Source: a virus (Duplodnaviria; Caudoviricetes). From it: 62,134 bases of DNA. The notes under the pieces were generated by a model that saw only the letters and a list, made by a program, of their open reading frames with translations, was not told where the DNA came from and did no database searches. Positions 21,935-32,179 of this stretch are shown here, piece after piece. Each line of letters begins with the position of its first letter. Position 1 is the stretch's first letter. A program made the position numbers and the translations under genes. The DNA is taken from IMG/VR virus record IMGVR_UViG_3300037264_004886, positions 1 through 62,134 of that record. One strand, 5' to 3'.

Positions 21935-22102
21935 ATGCCTAACAGTTTCAAATGCCTAAGGGAAGTCAATGCCTAAGATGATCGCTTAGGCATTGATAAA
22001 AATCCCAGATAAATCTCCAATGCCTAACCTCACAAACAAAACCTTTTTTGTGAATGCCTAACCTTTAAATATTAACCATTACTATTTACCTTTCATGCCT
22101 AA
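21935..22102 (-). repeat. ATGCCTAA cluster, right (inverse of left cluster), 17-bp phased
   Basis: Copies at 21935, 21952, 21969, 21986 (inverted), 22020, 22054, 22095. Confidence 0.9.
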
Positions 22103-22487
22103 GTCAGACTTCAGAAAGATCCAACCAAAAGCACAGCAAGTAAAGAGTATCAACACCACCCTGGCGAAAACCCGTGCAGCCGGTTACGACACTCATGCAC
22201 ACGTTGACTCCCGTTTAACCCGCAGTGAAAACCTCCGGAACATCCAGAAACTCACGGGCACCGGCACCCGGCACCGCGGGCTTGAAGAGTTCCAGCAACA
22301 GACAGCCGAAGCGAAACGCGCCCGGGCACTCCGGAAACAACCACTACGACAGACCTCAGTTAGTAACGAACACTTTGATTTGATGTATCAGGCAATGCGC
22401 CCGGGCAAACGGTTCTCGGCTTCGGGACATCGCTATTACGAGCGGCGCAGCAACAGGACTGATAAAAATCCATCGTTACGGATTTAA
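22095..22487 (+). CDS. Basic hypothetical protein
   Basis: TTTAAATA TATA about 25 bp upstream; R/K-rich. Confidence 0.6.
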   Translation: MPKSDFRKIQPKAQQVKSINTTLAKTRAAGYDTHAHVDSRLTRSENLRNIQKLTGTGTRHRGLEEFQQQTAEAKRARALRKQPLRQTSVSNEHFDLMYQAMRPGKRFSASGHRYYERRSNRTDKNPSLRI

Positions 22488-22679
22488 CAATACTTTTTTT
22501 ATTGTAAGACCCAAAGATTTTGCTTTTTGTCTCACATTACAATTTGATCTGTTGTTTAGATACGGAAGAATTTCTTTCAATGGAAATTTACCATAATATC
22601 TCTGTAAAGTATCTATTTCATCGTCTGACCAATAATGAGGGGATTTTTGTTTGTTTTCCAACTCTTGTATGATTGCCAT
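22476..22679 (-). CDS. Myb/homeodomain-like HTH protein
   Basis: WSDDEIDTL...L.NRS...VRQKA..LGL pattern. Confidence 0.55.
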   Translation of the reverse strand: MAIIQELENKQKSPHYWSDDEIDTLQRYYGKFPLKEILPYLNNRSNCNVRQKAKSLGLTIKKVLLNP

Positions 22680-22883
22680 ATGTTTGTATATGTTGTGAGG
22701 TTATATAAAGTTTGTTGTGAAAAAGATACTTTTTTATACTTTACCACCAATTAAGGTTTTAATGAACGGTGTATGTGTTTTTGTGTTAAAACCAACCAAT
22801 CTTGTTTTTGAATCAAGAGAAAAATCTCTTAATGTAGTTAATGTAGTAAATGTAGAAAATTAACATAATTCACATACCCTATA

Positions 22884-22915
22884 TAATTTAACGTCGCGTA
22901 TACGACGTTAAATTA
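22884..22915. repeat. Perfect 13-bp inverted repeat (cruciform) downstream of the primase gene
   Basis: TAATTTAACGTCG-cgtata-CGACGTTAAATTA; AATGTAG x3 at 22831-22856. Confidence 0.8.
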
Positions 22916-22992
22916 AAGGGTCTGTAAACAACAAACACTAGGTGAATTTAGTGCGTTTACGCAACTTACTCACTTATGTCTTTTAAAAAGAG

Positions 22993-25299
22993 TTACTTTT
23001 GTTTAATGATAACCATTGTTGGTTTATCATTTCCGGGTTTGGTTACACAGTGACAAACGATTTCTCCAGATTCCACAAGTGTCGCAAGAGCCTGATCTAA
23101 GTCTTTTTTGCCCAAATGTGTTTGTCTGAGCACCTTTGTCCGGTCCGCAACACCTCCAAAATGGTTTATTGCCTTCATCACAATCACTTGGTGGTTCTTA
23201 ATATCAAGACTATTGCATAGATCATATACGTACATAGTACGTGGTATTAAGTACTGCTCTACGATCTTGACTGCCATCTTTGCGTGTTTGTCTGGGATTT
23301 GAACTTTGATTGGATATGAAACGGCATTCAACACCTGGTGCTGGAACGATTTATCAAAAAAAGACAGAATGGTTGCTATTTTGTATGCGTGAACGAACCC
23401 CCGCGAAATTGCGGTCCTGAACGATTCATCTTCTTTTTCAAGTCTATCAGAAGTTATCTTTATTTTCCAATCTTCAATTATATCGCACACACCAAAAACA
23501 ATACTATCGTTTTGAAGAGGAGATAGAGATTCTCGTAACTTTTTTATATCGTTGTTTATTCCTGCCAAGATTTGTTTATCCGTTTCAGATACATTTTCAT
23601 TTTTGCGTGGTTGTCCACCTTGCCCCCAGAACCACATCAGTCTCGGGAAGAACCCGGATGAAAACAGCCTGGCGCTGGCAACCTGTTCGATATCTTTGGT
23701 TGTCGTATTGAATAACAACGACATAAACGGAAATGGACACTCCCATTTGAATTGTTCTCCGTTTTTAGACCGTTTGGAGAGCGTTCTACTAACCACGGTC
23801 CCATCGTAAATAGTACATAATGTCCCAAGAATGTGGGCGTTCCACGTTGTAATTTCGTCAAAAAAGCCACCACAATCGTCATAGTGCCAGAACGTATTAT
23901 ATGTGTCACTTAACCCCTGGATTAATGCGGGTTGACTGAACGTTCCCGTAATAACGTTTGTAGAGTAACATTTTGCTATCGGTTCTTCATAAATTATAGA
24001 ATGTTGGAACGCTTTGACTGCCATATTGCACGCTACAGACTTACCACTGATAGTTGTCTGACCGACAACCATTGCAAACACGTTGGGGTAAATGCTGACC
24101 ATTCCGACTTCGGCAACGGCTTTTCTGCCAATTGCCATTGAAGCAAGTGATAATAACGCGGCAAAATGAAACTCGTCTAATGAATATGAAACCCGCTTTC
24201 CAAAATCCATATACTCTTTAAAAATACCGTCGGTTAACTTTGGAAACGCCGGAAGCAAACATCTCTTTTTCGCCTCTTCAATTTCGGTTTTTAGTTCTGA
24301 TTCCGGTTTTGGTGTGAGTAATGTTTTTGTAATGGTTGCGCCGTGCTCAATGCTCTTTTCATATTCGGTTTTAACCCCAAGTTGATTGGCAGCTTCTTTC
24401 AAGGCTTTAATTACATCCCCGCCACATTCAAAATGGCAGAACATATCAAAAGCGTCGTGGCTTTTTGAACTGTCAAACGGTTCGGACCCGTGATGTGAGA
24501 ACATCCGGTTCTCTTGCGGGAAGATGTGAACTCCAGCAAGTCCGGTTGTACTGAACGGAGAAAGATACCGAGTAGGTGAAACTTTTTTATATCCGTTCCG
24601 TTCCAGAATAGAAGTTACAGATACGAACTCGTTAAATTTTTGAATTATATTATCGTTAGAAGAGTTGGTCGACGTTGTCTTTGATTTAGGTGGCGAAACT
24701 TTAATTTTTATCCACGGACAGGCGTTTACCAATTGTGGTCGGAACACACCCCATTCCGCCCAAATAGACAACAACTCTTTCGGTAGTGGGGGGATTTTGG
24801 TTGTAGGTTCTACAATCCATTCATACGGTTGGTGCGTGTCCGGGTGAATTGATGGCGGCAACACATCCTGAACCATCCCACCACGCAACTCAAAGACAGT
24901 GTGGGTTTTGGTCGGATCGTCTTTATCTTCCCACGACAACTTTTTGGTTGATAGTTCTATTATAGGGGGAGCTGAGAAGATTGCTTTGTCGTGCCCGGGT
25001 CTCCCTTTTATCCGGGGCGCACCTTTAAAAAGAATATCATATTCAATTCCAAACTCTTTTAAAAGCAGTTTTGTTTCGGTTATATTATCAATATCAACCA
25101 CAACAAGATTGGACGGTGCGAGCAATACACCCATATTATCAGACGTGTGCGTTTTCCAATACTCCGGTTTGGCAGTGTTCTCAACAGTGTTCCACCCGGG
25201 TGTTTTCGGTCCTTTTGTTCCGGGAGGTATTGGAACCAGATACCAGTTGAGTGATTGATATTGTTGTGCAGCTTCAAACGTAGATATCAAAGATATCAC
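22993..25299 (-). CDS. Bifunctional primase-polymerase fused to DUF3987-like helicase/ATPase domain
   Basis: PIPPGTKGP...NMGVL...VVDID...VLPPSIHP prim-pol motifs; C-terminal GQTTISGKS P-loop and SGFFPR. Confidence 0.8.
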   Translation of the reverse strand: MISLISTFEAAQQYQSLNWYLVPIPPGTKGPKTPGWNTVENTAKPEYWKTHTSDNMGVLLAPSNLVVVDIDNITETKLLLKEFGIEYDILFKGAPRIKGRPGHDKAIFSAPPIIELSTKKLSWEDKDDPTKTHTVFELRGGMVQDVLPPSIHPDTHQPYEWIVEPTTKIPPLPKELLSIWAEWGVFRPQLVNACPWIKIKVSPPKSKTTSTNSSNDNIIQKFNEFVSVTSILERNGYKKVSPTRYLSPFSTTGLAGVHIFPQENRMFSHHGSEPFDSSKSHDAFDMFCHFECGGDVIKALKEAANQLGVKTEYEKSIEHGATITKTLLTPKPESELKTEIEEAKKRCLLPAFPKLTDGIFKEYMDFGKRVSYSLDEFHFAALLSLASMAIGRKAVAEVGMVSIYPNVFAMVVGQTTISGKSVACNMAVKAFQHSIIYEEPIAKCYSTNVITGTFSQPALIQGLSDTYNTFWHYDDCGGFFDEITTWNAHILGTLCTIYDGTVVSRTLSKRSKNGEQFKWECPFPFMSLLFNTTTKDIEQVASARLFSSGFFPRLMWFWGQGGQPRKNENVSETDKQILAGINNDIKKLRESLSPLQNDSIVFGVCDIIEDWKIKITSDRLEKEDESFRTAISRGFVHAYKIATILSFFDKSFQHQVLNAVSYPIKVQIPDKHAKMAVKIVEQYLIPRTMYVYDLCNSLDIKNHQVIVMKAINHFGGVADRTKVLRQTHLGKKDLDQALATLVESGEIVCHCVTKPGNDKPTMVIIKQK

Positions 25300-25925
25300 A
25301 CCTTCCAGATGAGATTGTTGATCGCATTTGAAATATCAATTTTATTACTTTTCCGACTATTGTATGATTTACACAAGGCTTGTGTATTCCCGTAAGTAAG
25401 ATCCCATCCTTTTGAGTAGGGGAGAATATGATCTTTCACAGGTTTAAAATTAGAAGCAAATTCTATCCCGCACCCGTTACACCGATTGTTTTGCATCTTT
25501 AGAATTTTAAGCCACTGTCTGTTTGTAATTGTTCGAACCGGCTTGTTGTGAATTCTAATCCATGTTGACAACCTGGTTGTAGGGGCGCCGTTCCGGCATG
25601 AAAGATATTTACTAAAACAGTCGGTGCATATATGATAAGGTCCTGCCAGTTTGTTTGGAGGTTGATATTCATATTTAAATTTTAAAATGCTACACACATC
25701 ACACCGGGTTAACTCGGGGGTTTGTTCGATCTTCGGGGGTGTTGGAAGTATCAAGCCGGATTCTAAGTAATTAGATATTTTTTTTATTTCCGAATATCGA
25801 ACGTTTTTGCGCGAGGCACCGTTCCGAACCCCTCTTATTATTTTTGTGGACACTCCGGTTTTTTTTGAAATGTGCGACAAACGACGGTCCAATAACATTT
25901 TTTGTATTTGTTTCAGAGTAAGCAT
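25296..25925 (-). CDS. HTH-HNH endonuclease fusion
   Basis: N-terminal HTH; CNGC...KDHILPYSKG...NTQALCKSYNSRK. Confidence 0.75.
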   Translation of the reverse strand: MLTLKQIQKMLLDRRLSHISKKTGVSTKIIRGVRNGASRKNVRYSEIKKISNYLESGLILPTPPKIEQTPELTRCDVCSILKFKYEYQPPNKLAGPYHICTDCFSKYLSCRNGAPTTRLSTWIRIHNKPVRTITNRQWLKILKMQNNRCNGCGIEFASNFKPVKDHILPYSKGWDLTYGNTQALCKSYNSRKSNKIDISNAINNLIWKV

Positions 25926-25934
25926 AGTACACCA

Positions 25935-26111
25935 TCAAGTCTTTCTGCTTTCGATATAATCAGAAATCTTTGCTACGGATTTATATTCAACATTTCCAGA
26001 ACACCTATTCGCTATTCTCCACACAGTAATATATCCAACACCGCTTTTTCTAGAAACTTCTTTTAATTTTCTATCTTGGAGCGCGGTTACAATTTCTTCA
26101 AGACTGAGCAT
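25935..26111 (-). CDS. Small Cro/XRE-like HTH regulator
   Basis: MLSLEEIVTALQDRKLKEVSRKSGV..., paralogous to the N-terminus of the adjacent gene; divergent from the recombination operon. Confidence 0.7.
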   Translation of the reverse strand: MLSLEEIVTALQDRKLKEVSRKSGVGYITVWRIANRCSGNVEYKSVAKISDYIESRKT

Positions 26112-26275
26112 AGTGTATTTGTTAATCGGGCAAACATAATAAAGTTTCTTAAAAGAAAAGAAAAGCATATCAATAGAAATAAATACTCCCCCAATCAATA
26201 CTAGTGTGTAAAGCGGGTTTCCCGCCGAACAAAACAACCAAACCAAACCAAATCAAACCAAAACAGATGTGAACC

Positions 26276-27019
26276 ATGATCGATCTCAAATCAATCAGTA
26301 AAAGTTCGCCGAAACCGGCACGGATAACCATTTACGGTCCGTCCGGGATTGGCAAAACTACTTTTGCCGCAAACGCGCCGGACCCGATATTCATCCTGAC
26401 CGAAGACGGTCTGGGCGATATCGAAGTCCCGGCGTTTCCGCTATCAACTTCGTATGACGAAGTAATGGAAGCGCTGGCAACGTTAGGAAAAGAAGACCAC
26501 AAGTTCAAGACGGTTGTAATTGATTCTCTCGACTGGCTCGAACCGCTTGTCTGGCAGGCAACCTGCAAACGACTTGGAGTAACCAGCATCGAAGCCCCCG
26601 GGTATGGGAAAGGGTATGTTGAAGCCTCAACAGAATGGAAAGACTTTTTCAAGTACCTGACTGCACTCCGCGACTTCAAGAAAATGACAGTCATTATGAT
26701 TGCCCACGGCGCAATTACCCGGGTTGAAGACCCGATCCATCCGGCATACGACACGCACGGACTGAAACTCCAGAAACGGGCTGCCGCAATTGCCGAAGAG
26801 TATTCGGATATTGTCGGGTTTGCTGCGTTAAAGACGCTGCTGAAAACCGAAGACGCCGGGTTCGGAGAGAAACGCAACCGCGCCATTTCCACCGGAGAAC
26901 GGGTGTTATACTTGTCCGGAAACCCCGGGTATACGGCAAAGAACCGATACAACACGCCAGAAAGCGTACCGTTAAACTGGACTGAATTTGAAAAATATTT
27001 ACCAAAAGGAGGAAACTAA
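26276..27019 (+). CDS. Sak4-like / AAA_24 phage recombination ATPase
   Basis: IYGPSGIGKTT, VVIDSLDWLE, GYGKGY, AKNRY. Confidence 0.85.
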   Translation: MIDLKSISKSSPKPARITIYGPSGIGKTTFAANAPDPIFILTEDGLGDIEVPAFPLSTSYDEVMEALATLGKEDHKFKTVVIDSLDWLEPLVWQATCKRLGVTSIEAPGYGKGYVEASTEWKDFFKYLTALRDFKKMTVIMIAHGAITRVEDPIHPAYDTHGLKLQKRAAAIAEEYSDIVGFAALKTLLKTEDAGFGEKRNRAISTGERVLYLSGNPGYTAKNRYNTPESVPLNWTEFEKYLPKGGN

Positions 27020-27020
27020 A

Positions 27021-27494
27021 ATGGCTAAACTGAATTTTGATGCCGGATCTGTCGAACCCATTGGTTCGTTTGACCCGCTACCCGTGGGATCGTATCTGGT
27101 TGTCATTGACGCAACCGAAAAGAAAGACGCAAAGACCGGAAAAGGACAATACCTTCAACTCACATACAATGTGGTTGACGGCGAATATCACGGGAGGAAG
27201 GTGTTCGACCGCCTTAACATCGTTAACGAGAACACCCAAGCGCAAGAGATTGCTCAGCGGGCGTTATCGGCTATCTGCCGTGCCGTTGGTGTAATGCATC
27301 CAACCGATTCCGACCAGTTGAAAGACATTCCGTTTGTGGTGAAGGTGGGCATCCGCGCCGCGTCTGGAGAGTTCCAGGCAAGCAATATCGTCAAGGGGTA
27401 TATGCGAGCCGACGGCAAACCACTAACCGATACGGTCCCGACCTCCGCCCCTGCCTCCGCACCGTCCCAGAAGAAAAAACCCTGGGAGAAATAA
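27021..27494 (+). CDS. DUF669-like single-stranded DNA-binding protein
   Basis: FDPLPVGSY...G.YL.L...GRKVFDRLN; C-terminal PW; follows Sak4. Confidence 0.75.
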   Translation: MAKLNFDAGSVEPIGSFDPLPVGSYLVVIDATEKKDAKTGKGQYLQLTYNVVDGEYHGRKVFDRLNIVNENTQAQEIAQRALSAICRAVGVMHPTDSDQLKDIPFVVKVGIRAASGEFQASNIVKGYMRADGKPLTDTVPTSAPASAPSQKKKPWEK

Positions 27495-27500
27495 TTTTTT

Positions 27501-28445
27501 ATGCCAGCACTGCCGCCAGAACCGAATAAAACCATCGATTTGCTTTATAAAAAGTACGAAGAGCGAAACGGCGATTGGAGACGTCCGCATCTCGGGGCGT
27601 CTCTGATTGGAAAACCGTGCAAGCGCGAAGTCTGGTATAACTTCCGATGGTGTTTAAACCCGAACTTTTCCGGGCGAATTTTGAGACTATTCCAAACCGG
27701 ATTTCGAGAAGAGGTGCGACTTGTTCAAGATTTGCGCGGTGCGGGTATTACCGTATACGACCGCGACCCGGAAACTGGCAAACAAATCCGTTACGAAAGT
27801 TTCGGGGGACACTATGCCGGAAGTCTGGACGGTATGGGGGTTGGATTCCCGGAAGCCGAAAAGTCCTGGCACGTGATCGAAGTAAAAACGGCAAACACCA
27901 AGACGTTTAACGCTCTGAAAAAACACGGGGTTGAAAAGACGAAACCGGAACATTACTATCAGACAATGCAGTATATGTCGTGGTCAAAAGCAGACCGGGC
28001 GTATTATTTCTGTGTCTGTAAAGAAACCGACGATATATATGCGGAGCGCATCTATTTCGACCAGAAAGTTGCTGATGACTTGGAACTAAAAGCAAATGAT
28101 ATTGTGTTTGCAGATTCCCCGCCCGAGAAGTTAGGAGATTCCGATAAATCGTTCGGGTGCAAGTTCTGTACCTACCGGGGTTTGTGTTGGGACCGAAAGT
28201 TACCCGAAGTTAACTGTCGGACGTGTGCTCATTCTGATGTTGTGATTGACGGTGGTTGGAAGTGTTGCCGAGACGGACACATCGTTTCAGTTACACAACA
28301 ACAGACTGGTTGTAACAACCACATATTCATCCCAAAACTTGTGCCGCTTGAAGTCACCGATGCAGACGAACACAAAGGAACCGTCACGTATGGGACGATA
28401 ACAAACGGACCGGGTGCGGTGTTAAGTAGGGATTTGAATGTCTGA
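27501..28445 (+). CDS. Cas4-like PD-(D/E)XK exonuclease
   Basis: RPHLGASLIGKPC, GSLDG, IEVKT, QTMQYM, CKFCTYRGLC. Confidence 0.8.
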   Translation: MPALPPEPNKTIDLLYKKYEERNGDWRRPHLGASLIGKPCKREVWYNFRWCLNPNFSGRILRLFQTGFREEVRLVQDLRGAGITVYDRDPETGKQIRYESFGGHYAGSLDGMGVGFPEAEKSWHVIEVKTANTKTFNALKKHGVEKTKPEHYYQTMQYMSWSKADRAYYFCVCKETDDIYAERIYFDQKVADDLELKANDIVFADSPPEKLGDSDKSFGCKFCTYRGLCWDRKLPEVNCRTCAHSDVVIDGGWKCCRDGHIVSVTQQQTGCNNHIFIPKLVPLEVTDADEHKGTVTYGTITNGPGAVLSRDLNV

Positions 28446-28836
28446 ATGGGCGAGACGACAAAGTTGGGTGAGGAGAAAACAAACCCGTTGGGAACAATAT
28501 AAAGGATCTCAATTGTGGTATAATTTAAAAGCCGAGGCGCTTAAATTTGCTGGAAACCGTTGTCAGAATAATGAAGAATGTGAACAATATAGATGTAAAA
28601 AAACAACACAATTGGAACTTCATCACGACAACTATCCAAATTGCCCAGAAAACGATGCGATCTCAAATGTTAGAATTTTGTGCCGGGATTGTCACGAAAA
28701 TTTTCATTATCATAACGGCATGTCGGATTGTATCCCTCCATCCATATCATTTATAAAAAGACAAGTAAAAGCAGATGCGGCTAAAAAATTTCTATCCAAA
28801 TATGAATTTACAACCGATGTGGAGAAACCACAATGA
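28438..28836 (+). CDS. HNH endonuclease
   Basis: LELHH...N.RILCRDCH. Confidence 0.7.
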   Translation: MSEWARRQSWVRRKQTRWEQYKGSQLWYNLKAEALKFAGNRCQNNEECEQYRCKKTTQLELHHDNYPNCPENDAISNVRILCRDCHENFHYHNGMSDCIPPSISFIKRQVKADAAKKFLSKYEFTTDVEKPQ

Positions 28837-30428
28837 TATTACGAGACTATCAAATCCGGGCGATTAAAGACCTGTATCAGTACTGGGAAGACGGTAAAGG
28901 GGTTACTCCGATTGTATGTTTACCAACCGGCTCTGGAAAAAGTTTGTTTGTCGCGGAATTTTGCAAACAAGTCTGTACCGAAACCCCACACGTCCGGATA
29001 ATGGTTGTAACTCATTCCCGCGAATTGATTTCCCAGAACGAACAGGAATTGAGAACCCACTACCCGGAAGCCAGCACGGGTATTTTTTCTGCGGGATTGG
29101 GAAAGTATCAGACCCACGCACAGATTATATTCGCCGGGATTCAATCGGTTTATAAACGGGTGTTCGGGTTTCCGAAGATTGATATTGTTATTATTGATGA
29201 GTGTCATTTAATTCCTCGGGAAGCAGAAACCCGATACGGTAGGTTCTTTACCGATTTGCGAATTTTCAATCCGAACGTGGTTATCTGGGGATGCACGGCA
29301 ACCCCGTTTCGGCTGGATTCCGGGTTGTTACACGAAGGTAAAGGAGCGCTGTTTGACGGAATTGCACACTGCACCAACATCAAAACACTTATCGACCAAA
29401 AGTATCTGGTCCCACCCATATCAAAAGGCGGGGTAAAGAAGATAGATTTAACCGGGGTGAAAATTCAAGCGGGAGATTACGCTCCCGGCGAACTGGCTCA
29501 TGCAGCTGACGACCCGGAACTGGTGAGACTTGCGGTTGAAGAGATTGTGCGGTTCGGACAAGACCGCAAAGCGTGGTTGATTTATTGTGCTGGGGTTGAA
29601 CACGCTGAACACGTTGCAGCCGAGTTTAAAAAACACGGAAAAGACTGTGCTATTGTAACTGGAGATACTCCTAAAGAAGAACGAGATGAAATACTATCCA
29701 AATTTAAAACCGGAACGATTCGGTGCGTTGCGAACGTGATGGTTTTAACGACCGGATTCAACGCACCCCGTTGTGATTTGATTGCGCTTCTTATGTCCAC
29801 AATGAGCACCGGGAAATACGTGCAGATCTGCGGGCGAGGGTTGCGAACGTATCCCGGGAAAGAGAACTGTCTGGTTCTGGACTTTGGCGGCAATATTTTA
29901 AGGCACGGTCCAATTGACGAAATAGATCCCGTTCGTAAAAAGAACGTGTTTTGTGTAGAAAAGAAACCACCCCCACAAAAGGAATGCCCACAATGCCACG
30001 CTATTGTGCCTGCAAGGACTTCTGTTTGTATTTGTGGGTACTTCTTTCCAGTAACCGCTCCGCATGGCACAGAAGCGTATTCTGGCGCAGTACTGTCAAA
30101 CCAACAAACCGTTGCAATAATAGAAGTCAAAGACGTTTGGTATAGCAGACACCAGAAACCGGGCAAACCGGATAGTGTAAAAATCGGATACTTTGATAGT
30201 ATGGACAAAGAATATCCGATGTGGTTGGCGTTGGATGCTGGGGGATATGCGTCCGATAAAGCGCAGGCACTTGTAAAACAACTGGGTGGGAAATCAACTA
30301 CCGTAACCGAATCATTGGCAGAGTGTGATTACTGGAAGAAACCAATTGCCATTCAAGTAAAACCAGAAGGCAAATTTACACGAATAACCGGGTTTATATT
30401 TGAAAAAGATAAACAAGGAGAACTATGA
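28833..30428 (+). CDS. SF2 DEAH helicase (RadD/YejH-like) with Zn ribbon
   Basis: LRDYQ, PTGSGKS, DECH, TATPFR, QICGRGLR. Confidence 0.9.
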   Translation: MILRDYQIRAIKDLYQYWEDGKGVTPIVCLPTGSGKSLFVAEFCKQVCTETPHVRIMVVTHSRELISQNEQELRTHYPEASTGIFSAGLGKYQTHAQIIFAGIQSVYKRVFGFPKIDIVIIDECHLIPREAETRYGRFFTDLRIFNPNVVIWGCTATPFRLDSGLLHEGKGALFDGIAHCTNIKTLIDQKYLVPPISKGGVKKIDLTGVKIQAGDYAPGELAHAADDPELVRLAVEEIVRFGQDRKAWLIYCAGVEHAEHVAAEFKKHGKDCAIVTGDTPKEERDEILSKFKTGTIRCVANVMVLTTGFNAPRCDLIALLMSTMSTGKYVQICGRGLRTYPGKENCLVLDFGGNILRHGPIDEIDPVRKKNVFCVEKKPPPQKECPQCHAIVPARTSVCICGYFFPVTAPHGTEAYSGAVLSNQQTVAIIEVKDVWYSRHQKPGKPDSVKIGYFDSMDKEYPMWLALDAGGYASDKAQALVKQLGGKSTTVTESLAECDYWKKPIAIQVKPEGKFTRITGFIFEKDKQGEL

Positions 30429-30778
30429 TCCCCACCGAATCTCATGAACAGATTGGTTTTCTAACCTGGTGGAAATATAAGTTTCCGGACGTCCTCATTC
30501 TACATATCCCGAACGGAGGTTTCCGGAACGTGGTGACAGCACAAAGGCTAAAGCGTGAGGGTGTGATCCCAGGCGTGCCGGACTTATATGCACCAAAATT
30601 TAAAATGTGGATCGAGCTCAAACGGAAAGGCGGTAAGTTGTCAGACGACCAGATAAAGATAATTGACTATCTAAAACGGATTGGTGATACTGTAATTGTA
30701 GGTTACGGTGCTGAAGACGCTTCGCGGAAGGTGTTGGATATCCTCAAAACAAACCTTATTTTACCAACAGTTATTTAA
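30425..30778 (+). CDS. VRR-NUC nuclease
   Basis: HIPNGG...GV.PGVPDL...WIELK...LS..Q. Confidence 0.8.
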   Translation: MIPTESHEQIGFLTWWKYKFPDVLILHIPNGGFRNVVTAQRLKREGVIPGVPDLYAPKFKMWIELKRKGGKLSDDQIKIIDYLKRIGDTVIVGYGAEDASRKVLDILKTNLILPTVI

Positions 30779-30804
30779 ACCAACACCAACATACTATTAT
30801 TTAC

Positions 30805-31423
30805 ATGACAACTACTGATAAGACGTATAAGAACAGGTTTGGGAACTTCAAAGCGGGTGTGTGCCCATATTGTTCGTCACGGAACGTCAAACTTGACGAG
30901 ATTGTTCCTGGACGGCGATGGGTTGGAAAGTGTTTGGATTGTGGCGCGGTGAATAACTACACGAACAAAAACTGTAAGGAGTGGTTAGAAAATGAAGTTT
31001 GAAAATATTGAAGTATCCGGGATAACTGATGTAACAATCAACCGGAAAGCCCACTATCACAAAGACGGACCCCTCTGGGTAAAAAACGAGGGACGCGCCG
31101 TTAGTCACAACAAGATGATGGAAATCATTAACCACATCAAAGGTGACAACCGGTATAGGTTCTGGATACATTTGAATTTCCTTAATATCGTTCGGAAGTG
31201 AGTTGTGGCTCCGACAACCTGTAAGAACATTCCGAGAAACTGGCGGGTCCCGAGGGTTCCGGTCCGGTGCCCGATATGCAGAAAAGGGTTTACGCTGAAC
31301 GCATCAGAAGCCCGGAAGTATCAGAAATCCGAGACGCAACCGTGCTGTAGCGGGTCGTGCGGGCAGAAGTACGCGAGGGGGAGAAAGAATGTAGAGCCAA
31401 AAGAGCAACCGGAGCAGATATGA
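30805..31423 (+). other. Three small genes, two of them Zn-finger
   Basis: 30805-31002 CPYC..CLDC; 30992-31201; 31205-31423 CPIC..CCSGSC. Confidence 0.55.
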
Positions 31424-32076
31424 TTCCACTCAATACGATCCAGTGCCGTGATTGCCTTGAGGGGATGCAGGAGATCCCGGATAAGAGCATTGATCTGGTT
31501 ATTACTGATCCTCCGTATGGGATTGGTGAAAATAATGAACAAAATGTACGCCGGGAAAACCTCGCAAAACCAACAGATTACGGGCATTTTGAATGGGATA
31601 AACAACCTGCAGCACAAGAGCACTTCGATGAGATATTCCGCATATCCAAAAATCAGATCATATTCGGCGGGAATTATTTTGAGCTTCCGCCTTCCCCATG
31701 CTGGATAGTGTGGGATAAAAATAATACCGGAGATTTTGCCGACTGTGAATTAGCGTGGACTTCGTTTAAATCCGCAGTAAGGAAATTCACCTATAAATGG
31801 AATGGAATGTTACAGGAAGATATGCTGCACAAAGAGATCCGTGTCCATCCCACACAAAAACCCGTTAAACTCTTTGAATGGATCATTAAAAACTACGCAA
31901 AAGAGGGGGATATAATCTGTGATCCGTTTTTCGGGAGCGGTTCATGCCTCGTTGCGTGTGTAAGAATGGGACACTCGTTTATCGGATTCGAGAAGGAGCA
32001 ATCATATTTCGATGTAGCACAGATACTCATAAAGAAAGCACAAGAGCAAGGAAAGATCGGGACGTGGTTTGAATGA
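31420..32076 (+). CDS. Beta-class N4-C/N6-A DNA methyltransferase
   Basis: DPPY precedes HPTQKP and DPFFGSGS. Confidence 0.9.
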   Translation: MIPLNTIQCRDCLEGMQEIPDKSIDLVITDPPYGIGENNEQNVRRENLAKPTDYGHFEWDKQPAAQEHFDEIFRISKNQIIFGGNYFELPPSPCWIVWDKNNTGDFADCELAWTSFKSAVRKFTYKWNGMLQEDMLHKEIRVHPTQKPVKLFEWIIKNYAKEGDIICDPFFGSGSCLVACVRMGHSFIGFEKEQSYFDVAQILIKKAQEQGKIGTWFE

Positions 32077-32179
32077 TCAGCGATTTGGTAGTAATAGCAA
32101 TCTTTACTGGTGCAATAGGGTTCTGCATCGGGTGGTTCGGGGCGTGGGGTGTGCTCGGAGCGTGGTGGGAAGTGAGGGA

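Noticed and set aside
26231-26264. AAACC pentamers as a third guide array
   Set aside because: Only about 6 units, almost no NN variation and no terminal hairpin; likely a simple leader repeat, though worth rechecking.
27501-28445. Cas4 as part of a CRISPR adaptation module
   Set aside because: Sits in the Sak4-SSB-helicase recombination operon; no cas1 or cas2.
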